DNA from: a virus
Lineage: Duplodnaviria; Caudoviricetes
Length of the DNA stretch: 29,026 nucleotides
IMG/VR virus record: IMGVR_UViG_3300032013_000005
Location: 1 to 29,026 of that record
Strand: one strand, 5' to 3'
Numbering within the stretch: the stretch's first letter is position 1; the number at the start of each line of letters is the position of its first letter. The notes below the pieces were generated by a model that saw nothing but the letters and a program-made list of their open reading frames with translations, ran no database searches and was not told the origin of the DNA. A program made the position numbers and the translations under genes. This document shows positions 15,483 to 23,229 of the stretch, in pieces.

Positions 15483-16016
15483 ATGCTGAAATACTTCCTC
15501 TGTGTCATGATGGTTTTACTGTGCGTCAGCACTAGTGCATTTGCTGAGTGCACGTCAACTGAGCTGTTCAATGAGCTTGCGACTGATCCGGCTGTACCAC
15601 CACTTGGCTATGCCGCAGCGTATGGGAAGCCGATCACGACCAACAGTATCGGCAACGATCAAGCTGTCCTCGATATGATTAACCTGATCCGTCAAGGCAC
15701 AGCCTATCAGATTCAACGAGTGCTCATGCCAGCCTATGAGATCGCCGCGTTGATGAATCCTGCAGAGTTCAATGCGCTTACAGGCGGTAAGCAACAACAG
15801 CTTGTGTCCATCTTTGCAGCATTACAAGTTGATGTCTCTTCGCAGAACATGCGCGATATTCTCTTTAATGGACCCACCTCCATCTTTCCGAATCCTGGAG
15901 CTACTCGGACAGCCTTGATTGCTGCGGTGAAACGACAGGGAAGCCGTGCTGAAGTCGTGTGTGGGAGCAATCGCACTATGGCGCAAGTATCCCAAGCCAT
16001 TCGTGGCAGTCAATAA
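15483..16016 (+). CDS. Signal-peptide-bearing phage protein, 177 aa
   Basis: MLKYFLCVMMVLLCVSTSAFA|E signal. The 'ELATDP..LGY..DQAVLD..TRTAL..SRAE' pattern is one I recognise from fibre-associated phage proteins. Confidence 0.75.
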   Translation: MLKYFLCVMMVLLCVSTSAFAECTSTELFNELATDPAVPPLGYAAAYGKPITTNSIGNDQAVLDMINLIRQGTAYQIQRVLMPAYEIAALMNPAEFNALTGGKQQQLVSIFAALQVDVSSQNMRDILFNGPTSIFPNPGATRTALIAAVKRQGSRAEVVCGSNRTMAQVSQAIRGSQ

Positions 16017-16028
16017 GGAGGATCAGCT

Positions 16029-16556
16029 ATGAAACGGCTCACAACACTCTTCCTCCTTGGTGTTGCACTCGCAGTTGCTTTAGCTGCGCCAGCAGCTCAT
16101 GCGCTCACATTGCAAGAAAGCCTCGGCACAGCCACAACATTGCTCAATGCTGAACTGAACAGTATCGGTACGAACGTGTACACTGGCTTGTCGAGTGCCA
16201 CCTTCGATAATAGCCTTGCCGCAGCAGGCAATGGTGTCCTGCGCTGTCGTGTTGAACTCATTATCGTCTACACGACCGCACCAACAGCGAATACTGCATG
16301 GGTAGTGTGGCTGTTGCGTTCTGCTGATGGCACCAACTATGAGCCGACACCAACCTCCGCCATTGCTCCTGGCTCCGCACTGACGCTCAGCTTTCCTGTC
16401 AACAGTGGCGCAACCACGACCCGAGGCATTATCGACATCGACTGCCCAGCAGGTAAGATGAAAGCCGTTGCGAAGAATGATGGGACTGGTCAAAGCTCTA
16501 ATGGTGGTGCAGTGAACTTCTTGAAGATTTGGCCGATCATCATTCAAGGGAACTAA
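16029..16556 (+). CDS. Signal-peptide-bearing beta-sandwich protein, 175 aa
   Basis: AAGGAGG RBS; MKRLTTLFLLGVALAVALAAPAAHA| signal; 'ELNS..DNS..APTA..S.DGTNY' pattern. Confidence 0.8.
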   Translation: MKRLTTLFLLGVALAVALAAPAAHALTLQESLGTATTLLNAELNSIGTNVYTGLSSATFDNSLAAAGNGVLRCRVELIIVYTTAPTANTAWVVWLLRSADGTNYEPTPTSAIAPGSALTLSFPVNSGATTTRGIIDIDCPAGKMKAVAKNDGTGQSSNGGAVNFLKIWPIIIQGN

Positions 16557-16560
16557 GTCA

Positions 16561-17376
16561 ATGCTGTTGCTGTTCTTACTCTTTCTCTTATTCCCGACGC
16601 TTGCGTTGGGACAAGCACCGCTCAGTGCGAATCTTCGGCAAGGTCTTGTTGGTCGATGGGTAGTATCGCCACTGACCAAGGGTGGACTGACCTGGTATCC
16701 CCAGGTTGGCCAGGACAAAGGCACACTCGTCAATGGTGTCAACGGCTATCAACCCACATTCCGCCCTGGTGGTGTTGGGGAGATGCGCTTTGATGGCACC
16801 AACGACCAAATTAATACAGGCACAACAGTGCTGTTGGCCAATCTGCCCGCTTTCACCATCTGTCTTTGGTTCCGCTCAGCTAGCACTGCTGCCCAACAGC
16901 TCTACACCGAGAACATCAGTGGATGGCCTGACCTGCATATCGTCATCAACTGGGGAGATCCAACCAAGATCTACTTTAATAACTATGGCAATACAGGACA
17001 GGTTGAATCGAGTGGCGTTCCTGCTTTTGCGCTTGATTCCAATGTCTGGCAACATGTGTGCGGTGTACAACGCAGTAAAAGCAGTGGTGAAATATACTCG
17101 AATGGCAAGCTTATTGGTGTGAGTACTGGCACCGTAGGCACCTCTACGCCATCAGCACGAGCCTTTGGCGCTTCACCTCAAGGCTCAAATCTCTTCAGTG
17201 GTGCTCTTGATGATGTCTGTACCTGGACACGAGCACTGAATGCTGCGGAAATCCAACAAGTGTATATTGAAAGCCAAAACAAGCCATCACAAGCATTTGC
17301 TCTCTACGATGCGCTCTTTCCAACTGTTGTTACCACACGGAGAGGTCTGCTCAACTACTTTACCACGCCAAAATGA
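16561..17376 (+). CDS. LamG/ConA-like lectin domain protein with signal peptide, 271 aa
   Basis: MLLLFLLFLLFPTLALG|Q signal; LamG motifs 'GLVGRW', 'FDGTND', 'FTICLWF', 'WQHVCGV', 'IYSNG' and 'FSGALDDVCTWTRALNAAEIQQ'. Confidence 0.9.
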   Translation: MLLLFLLFLLFPTLALGQAPLSANLRQGLVGRWVVSPLTKGGLTWYPQVGQDKGTLVNGVNGYQPTFRPGGVGEMRFDGTNDQINTGTTVLLANLPAFTICLWFRSASTAAQQLYTENISGWPDLHIVINWGDPTKIYFNNYGNTGQVESSGVPAFALDSNVWQHVCGVQRSKSSGEIYSNGKLIGVSTGTVGTSTPSARAFGASPQGSNLFSGALDDVCTWTRALNAAEIQQVYIESQNKPSQAFALYDALFPTVVTTRRGLLNYFTTPK

Positions 17377-17391
17377 GGTGCGCTCCGCGCT

Positions 17392-20300
17392 ATGATTCTC
17401 TCACTGTTCCTCATCTTCTTTGTGCTGCTTGCTGGACCAGTTATCGCTGTTGAACGCTTTGCACGTCCAGGTGCGAGTAGTGGCTTACCCTGTCCAGAAG
17501 GCTCTCCATGTTCACTGAGCACCTGTGTCAATGCAACCAATGCGGGTGACATCTGCACACTCCTTGATAATGGCTCACCCTATACCGATCGTATTGGTCC
17601 TGGTATGGGGCTCAAATCTGGAAGCAGTTGGAATCCTGGTGGTTTCGTGACCATCCGAGGCAAGCCAGGTCAACGCCCACGCTTCACCAACTATGCTATT
17701 GACATCAACACGAACAGTGGTGCTTATCAATTTATCCATTTCGAGAACTTCATTGTCGATGGTGCAGGGATCTTTATTGGTGGGGAAGCTGCGCATGATA
17801 TGCGTGTGTACAACATTGAAGTGAAGAATAATATAGGCGCTAGCGGCATCTCAGCCTATCCAAATCCTAACACTGGTCGAGGCTGTGAACGTGTTGAGTA
17901 TGCCTTTGTTGATGTGCACGATAATGGCTCTGATGGTCGTGATCATGGTGTGTACAACTGCTGCAAAGACAACATTATCCGTGACAGTAAATTCTATGGC
18001 AATGCTGGGTATGGTCTCCAAATCTATTGGACAGGTATTATTGATGCGATTAATCGTGGCGATGCCCCGCCTGGTACTGACTATCGCTGCAACAGTGGCA
18101 CAAAGATCTACAATAATTATATCTATAACAATGATAACTGGGGTATTACCATCGACTATGGCGACAACGTGCAATTCTTTAACAATGTCGTCGTTGGGAG
18201 TCAAGCTGGTGGTGGCATGCAGACCATCCATCACGTCGATAATCTCCAAATCTACAACAACACCATCTATGGCAACGTTGGCTCAGGCATTGTCTTTGGC
18301 GATATTGGTCAAGTGACCAACGCGAAGATTCGCAATAACATCTTTGCCAACAATAGTGACCCAGTCAATAGCGCTGGATCAAGTGGCGTCAGCTTTTCCA
18401 ACAATCTCTGCTGGCAAAATGGTGGCTTTGGCAACACTGGTATTGGCTGTACGCATAGCGGTGATCCCAAGTTTACCGCACCCGGCAATAGCGCTGGATC
18501 GGATTTTAGCTTACAAGACACAAGTGCAGCGATCAACATTGGTGCGGATCTCAGACCAACTGTGGCGACTGACAAAATTGGCACAGCACGACCACAGCCG
18601 TCTGGTGGCATGTTTGATGTTGGTGCGTATGAGCGCCTTGGTACTGGTGGTGGTCCTGGTCCTGGTCCTGATCCATGTCCACCGAACTGTCCTGTGACAT
18701 GTCCTCCCGATTGTCCTGTGACATGTCCTCCTGATTGTCCTGTTGAACCACCTGTTGTGAAAGCGTTCCCCAGCGCTGAAGGCTTCGGTTCCACTGCTGT
18801 TGGTGGACGTGGTTCACCCTCACAACCAGGTCGAACTATCGAAGTGACGAACTTACTCGATGACAACAATCCTGGCAGTCTGCGCTATTGCGTTCTCCAG
18901 ACTGGTCCTCGTACATGCGTCTTCCGTACTGGTGGCACCATTGCCCTGAACAGTCCCCTGAACACTACCGCTGTTAACAGCTTCCTGACCATTGCTGGTC
19001 AAACAGCACCAGGTGGTGGCATCCAAACCAAGAACTGGTTCATACAGTTCGGCTATGGTACCCATGATGTTATCGTTCGGCACCTGAAAGTCCGTCCAGG
19101 AACCGATCACAACCCCACCGACATCAACAATCAATGTGGTGGCATCATACTCTATCGCGGTGAAGGCACCGTCCATCATATCATCCTTGATCATGTCAGT
19201 ATTGAATGGAGTTGCGATGACAGCATCAACCTGAGCGGACTTATCCAAGACACCACTATTCAATGGTCGATTATTGGTGAAGGCATGAACAATGGCGATT
19301 ATTGCAGTCCTACTAGTGATCAATGCGCCAACAGCAAAGGTCTGCTCATTGGCGACTTCGTTGATCAAACCGTCAGCGTGCATCACAACATGTTCCTGAC
19401 CTCTGAATCACGTAATCCGGCTGTTGCTGGTGCAAACCCACTCGACTTCCGCAACAATCTTATCTACAACTGGTACGCCTGTTATGCAGGTTCAAGCTTT
19501 GGCTACCAACCTGGTGGCTTCACCAGAGTCAACTACATCGGTAACAAGACCATTGTCGGGCCTAGCTCTGGCAGCCTGACTGATTGTCGTCTTGGCGATA
19601 TTGATTACGAAGCGATTGATATGTACGCCATCGACAACAGTACTCCGTGGTGTGAAAGAGATGGTAATTGTACAACAGCGAGCTTTGCGCAGATGGGCTT
19701 CATCGGTCCATCGAGATTAGGCAATCCTGAAGTGAATGAGTTGCAAGCTCGTGTAAGCACACCCTTCACCGTTCCTCCTGTTGTCACAACACCCGTTGCC
19801 AACCTTGAGTCACTGCTTGTCAGCAAAGCTGGTGCAACAGTTCCATTCCGTGATGCACTTGATACACGTCTCATCAATGAGATGACATCACGTACAGGTA
19901 CGAAAGGTCGTGGTGGTGAGCCATGGCCAGTCCTCGCTGCTGGGACTCCACCGGCTGACGCAGACCATGATGGTATGCCGGATACATGGGAACAGCAGCA
20001 CAGCCTTAACATGAACGAGCCCGGTGATGCCGCTCAAATTGCTGCTAATGGCTACAGCAATCTTGAGAACTACTTGAACACGCTTGCAGGGGACACTGTT
20101 AATCTCGATCCACCAACCGGCAATAGGGTTAGTCCTGGTGTGTTCTATGTTGCGCTCAACGGTGTTGATCCACCAACACGTGATTGTACAGCAGCACTGA
20201 ATAACATCGACGCACCACTCCTCAGTGTGAATGCAGGTCGAAGCTGTCTCACTGTTGCAGGCGATACACTCTATCTCCGTCAAGGCAGTTACACCACAGG

Positions 20301-21297
20301 TATCAGCACTTCGACACAGCCTATCACGAACGGGAGCAACTGGACCAACGCAACCACGATTGGTTCCTACGGAACTGAAACAGCAACACTTGTCCTCGCT
20401 TCATCATCAGATGTCGCCCTGTACTTTAATGGGAGCAATTCCTACATCATATTAGACCGACTCATTATCGACTGTCATAATCAAACCAATAGCAATGGTC
20501 TTGCCACAACAGCACCGACGCATCATATTCGTTTCCAGAATGGTGAAATCAAGACCTGTCATTTTGAACCAATCTACATCGAGAACAGCGATGGCATTGA
20601 GATTCTCAACTCAACTATTCATGGCAGCATTGTCGCTTCCTGCATCAATCTTACTGGTGGTAGTGACGGCACCATTATCAGAGGTAACACCATCTACGGC
20701 TGTGCCGAAGCTGGTATCGAAGCGGCTTCACCGAATACGAACACATCCATTCGAGGTAATGTCATTCATGACGTTGGGTCAGGAGCTACGCTCGCAGGCA
20801 TAGCATTAACAGGCGCTACCACTCCCGAAATCATCAACAATGTCAGCTATGCCAACTATCGTGGTGGTCAACTCTCGACTGGCACCTCCAACGCTAAAGT
20901 CTACAACAACACTTTCAACAACAACAGTCAACAGGGATTGTTTATTGATACTGGCGTCAATGACACATCTGCTACGAACAACATCGTTGCCGATAATGGT
21001 GCTGGTCAAATTGTAAACAGTGGTTCTGGCACCATACAACTGACGAATCTTACTGTTGCACCACCCTTTGACCCGGCTTTCCCGAATAAGTTTCATCTTA
21101 CTGCTGCATCAACCACTGCTATTGATATGGGCACAGCTTTAGCTGCTGATGTTCCAATCGACTACGAAGGTGTGCAACGTCCACAAGGTTCAGGCTTCGA
21201 TATTGGTGCAAGTGAATTTGTTGGCACTGTTATCCCACCGCCACCTGGCGCTATTCAAGGACCATACTGGAGAGGACAAGGCTTTCTATGGCGATAA
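17392..21297 (+). CDS. Exported trimodular beta-helix protein with a central PL1-type pectate lyase, 1301 aa
   Basis: Signal MILSLFLIFFVLLAGPVIA|V. N- and C-terminal beta-helices end in 'ARPQ..FDVGAYE' and 'QRPQGSGFDIGASEF'. The central PL1 has 'AFPSAEGFG..GGRG', 'PGSLR', 'TIAGQTAPG', 'ILDHVS', 'SRNP' and 'DADHDGMPDTWE'. Confidence 0.9.
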   Translation: MILSLFLIFFVLLAGPVIAVERFARPGASSGLPCPEGSPCSLSTCVNATNAGDICTLLDNGSPYTDRIGPGMGLKSGSSWNPGGFVTIRGKPGQRPRFTNYAIDINTNSGAYQFIHFENFIVDGAGIFIGGEAAHDMRVYNIEVKNNIGASGISAYPNPNTGRGCERVEYAFVDVHDNGSDGRDHGVYNCCKDNIIRDSKFYGNAGYGLQIYWTGIIDAINRGDAPPGTDYRCNSGTKIYNNYIYNNDNWGITIDYGDNVQFFNNVVVGSQAGGGMQTIHHVDNLQIYNNTIYGNVGSGIVFGDIGQVTNAKIRNNIFANNSDPVNSAGSSGVSFSNNLCWQNGGFGNTGIGCTHSGDPKFTAPGNSAGSDFSLQDTSAAINIGADLRPTVATDKIGTARPQPSGGMFDVGAYERLGTGGGPGPGPDPCPPNCPVTCPPDCPVTCPPDCPVEPPVVKAFPSAEGFGSTAVGGRGSPSQPGRTIEVTNLLDDNNPGSLRYCVLQTGPRTCVFRTGGTIALNSPLNTTAVNSFLTIAGQTAPGGGIQTKNWFIQFGYGTHDVIVRHLKVRPGTDHNPTDINNQCGGIILYRGEGTVHHIILDHVSIEWSCDDSINLSGLIQDTTIQWSIIGEGMNNGDYCSPTSDQCANSKGLLIGDFVDQTVSVHHNMFLTSESRNPAVAGANPLDFRNNLIYNWYACYAGSSFGYQPGGFTRVNYIGNKTIVGPSSGSLTDCRLGDIDYEAIDMYAIDNSTPWCERDGNCTTASFAQMGFIGPSRLGNPEVNELQARVSTPFTVPPVVTTPVANLESLLVSKAGATVPFRDALDTRLINEMTSRTGTKGRGGEPWPVLAAGTPPADADHDGMPDTWEQQHSLNMNEPGDAAQIAANGYSNLENYLNTLAGDTVNLDPPTGNRVSPGVFYVALNGVDPPTRDCTAALNNIDAPLLSVNAGRSCLTVAGDTLYLRQGSYTTGISTSTQPITNGSNWTNATTIGSYGTETATLVLASSSDVALYFNGSNSYIILDRLIIDCHNQTNSNGLATTAPTHHIRFQNGEIKTCHFEPIYIENSDGIEILNSTIHGSIVASCINLTGGSDGTIIRGNTIYGCAEAGIEAASPNTNTSIRGNVIHDVGSGATLAGIALTGATTPEIINNVSYANYRGGQLSTGTSNAKVYNNTFNNNSQQGLFIDTGVNDTSATNNIVADNGAGQIVNSGSGTIQLTNLTVAPPFDPAFPNKFHLTAASTTAIDMGTALAADVPIDYEGVQRPQGSGFDIGASEFVGTVIPPPPGAIQGPYWRGQGFLWR
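18652..18743 (+). repeat. Tandem repeats encoding a Gly-Pro/Cys-Pro linker
   Basis: (GGTCCT)x3, then the 24-bp unit TGTCCTGTGACATGTCCTCCYGAT x2 plus a partial copy (18688-18743), encoding CPPNCPVTCPPDCPVTCPPDCPV. Confidence 0.9.
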
Positions 21298-21764
21298 TGC
21301 GACTGCTGATCATAGCTGGACTTGCTGTCTTACTGTATTACATAGCTGATGCGAAAGATGGGGTAGTGAATCTTGACCAACACCTGACTAGTCGCACCTG
21401 CATGGTACAAATCATTCCACCAAAAGGCACAGAAGTGCTTGCTCCCAAACATGAAACTGTCGATGTTTGTGCGAATGAGTATGGTGCAGACTGGACAATT
21501 AAGACGGTGAGCTGTTACGCCAATGCTGGCACACCAACTGTGCGAGTGAATCTTACTGGATCGCAGACGTCTATTACAGAACGAGTTATTCCGTGCGGTG
21601 AACGCACATGGCTCTCAGGCTTAGTGAAAGGTACACCAATTGTGCATACGTTCTCTGAGCTTGGCTCGACCTGCGCTGTGCAACCATGCTCACTAGAAGC
21701 GCGTATTGATGCTGTTAAAGGTACGAGCAATTGGGTAGTATTACGCATTACTGGACAACTGTAA
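21297..21764 (+). CDS. Signal-peptide/TM-bearing Cys-rich beta protein, ~155 aa
   Basis: TAATG coupling suggests start 21297 (alternative 21288); MRLLIIAGLAVLLYYIADA|K; 6 Cys. Confidence 0.75.
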   Translation: MRLLIIAGLAVLLYYIADAKDGVVNLDQHLTSRTCMVQIIPPKGTEVLAPKHETVDVCANEYGADWTIKTVSCYANAGTPTVRVNLTGSQTSITERVIPCGERTWLSGLVKGTPIVHTFSELGSTCAVQPCSLEARIDAVKGTSNWVVLRITGQL

Positions 21765-21767
21765 GCT

Positions 21768-22187
21768 ATGGCTGATGATGTTGAGGTCTCTGGCCCTAAT
21801 GGTATGAATCTCAAGGTGGGCAATAAGGCCCTCGGCATTACCGGGCCTATTGTTATTCCTGTCTTGTGCATTGCTCTTGTGGCTGGTATTGGCTGGATTC
21901 GTTCCAATGATCTGAAGGATGCACTTGCACAAACAAACACACATCTGCAAGCACTGTATCAGCGTCAAGAAACGATACGGCTTGATCTCTCCGCACAGAC
22001 GAAGGAAATTGTACAGGCTCTCCAACAGAATCGAGACATCACTGGAAGCAGACTCGCTGAACAGAATGTCCTCCTACAGGAACAATCCGCCGACATGCGC
22101 AAGCAACACGCCATCATCATCTTCAATCAGCGGCATGAGCCAGTCGAGCATCTCATGCTGGACCTCGACCTCCCACCACAGAAATAG
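21768..22187 (+). CDS. Single-TM coiled-coil membrane protein (holin-like candidate), 139 aa
   Basis: TM 'IVIPVLCIALVAGIGWI' followed by a Q/L heptad-rich region; last gene of the operon. Confidence 0.6.
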   Translation: MADDVEVSGPNGMNLKVGNKALGITGPIVIPVLCIALVAGIGWIRSNDLKDALAQTNTHLQALYQRQETIRLDLSAQTKEIVQALQQNRDITGSRLAEQNVLLQEQSADMRKQHAIIIFNQRHEPVEHLMLDLDLPPQK

Positions 22188-22685
22188 TTATGCCCACTTC
22201 TGGTAGGTCAGTATACGCTGCATCTGGCTATGCTTTACTCGCATTTCAACAAGATTGCACAGTTGTTCTATTGTATACATCCCTGTCTTACGAAGCTCAC
22301 GTAACTTGTCAACTTCAGCTTGTGACAACTTTGCCATAGCATGTGTTTCACCCTGCTGTATTTGCTTTCCGCGTTCTAAAGCGTCAAGCGCATTGCGGCT
22401 CTTGTCTCCACTGTAGTGATGGTGATGATTCATACAACGCTTCACATCGCATGTGTGTAAGATGAGACCTTCAGGCCACGTTTCACTATGACGACTATAC
22501 CATAGTAACCGTGTACCGACATAGAACTTGCCATCCATCCAGACTTTTGCATAACCTTCACCATCTGTTCCATACTGCCAGAGCCAGCAACACTGTGTAC
22601 ATGACTCGCCATGCTCACATATACTTTCATCGACCCGCACGCTGAACTTCACCAAAGCACGATGACGCTTGAACGCCGCATCCAT
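22188..22685 (-). CDS. HNH (homing-type) endonuclease, ~165 aa
   Basis: 'CWLWQ..GEGYA..ILHTCDVKRCMNHHH..N..D..GETHAMAKLS' plus a C-terminal HTH; AGGAGG RBS before ATG 22685. Confidence 0.9.
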   Translation of the reverse strand: MDAAFKRHRALVKFSVRVDESICEHGESCTQCCWLWQYGTDGEGYAKVWMDGKFYVGTRLLWYSRHSETWPEGLILHTCDVKRCMNHHHHYSGDKSRNALDALERGKQIQQGETHAMAKLSQAEVDKLRELRKTGMYTIEQLCNLVEMRVKHSQMQRILTYQKWA

Positions 22686-22701
22686 ATGCACCTCCTAACT
22701 T

Positions 22702-22710
22702 AGTATAGCA
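22702..22710 (-). promoter_or_regulatory. Extended -10 promoter for the HNH gene
   Basis: TGcTATACT just upstream of the AGGAGG RBS. Confidence 0.45.
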
Positions 22711-22746
22711 TATGGGGGAAATTTTGGTATAAAAATGTGTGGCTAC

Positions 22747-22773
22747 GGGGGTGCAAACGGGGGTGGGAGGGGG
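22747..22773 (+). other. Four G-tracts (G-quadruplex-capable; possible packaging/terminus-associated motif)
   Basis: GGGGG-tgcaaac-GGGGG-t-GGG-a-GGGGG next to GGGGGAAATTTT, in the non-coding gap between the HNH and helicase genes. Confidence 0.5.
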
Positions 22774-22943
22774 TTTATATGGCTCCCTCTATGGGTTCCC
22801 TGGACAGCTCGGTCTTCTCTGGCCCAGTCCTGGCAGCCTAGTTCGTGTAGACCCGTCCGATCTGGCCTAGTCTGCCTGGTCTACTTTGATGGTTCGTTTC
22901 GCACCATCAACTGACACCGAATCAACCTAGGTCGTGTCGTCCT

Positions 22944-23206
22944 TGTCTCACCGTCTCATCAGCAACCCCAGCATCTAGGCCGTGAAACGTGTCTCATGTC
23001 TCATGAGACATTAGGTCGATTAGGGCTGGAACACACACACACGAATTTGTTCCCCCCTCTGCCCATAACTCCTTCCATTACAATGACTTGCCTTGACCAT
23101 CTCCCCTATCCCACGATACCCTACCGTTCTCAATGTCTCACCGTCTCACCGCTGTCTCATCCATCTGTCTCATCAAGGAGTTAGTGTGTCTCGTGGTGAG
23201 ACACAC
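22944..23206. repeat. Iteron-like GTCTCA repeat cluster (candidate replication origin)
   Basis: GTCTCA at 22945, 22953, 22991, 22998, 23135, 23143, 23154 and 23167; inverted TGAGAC at 23004 and 23197; directly downstream of the helicase gene. Confidence 0.7.
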
Positions 23207-23229
23207 CACTCCCCATTCTCATCATCACC

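Noticed and set aside
18366-18500. 15-nt direct repeat CAATAGCGCTGGATC, considered as a DGR template/variable repeat
   Set aside because: Too short, no adenine-specific mismatches, and no reverse transcriptase in the window
13070-22025. Numerous antisense and alternate-frame ORFs over the rightward operon
   Set aside because: They are shadows of long genes with biased codon use and have no RBS or motifs
22944-23206. Possible CRISPR or mini-array
   Set aside because: Repeats are only 6-15 bp, irregularly spaced and partly inverted, with no constant repeat-spacer period
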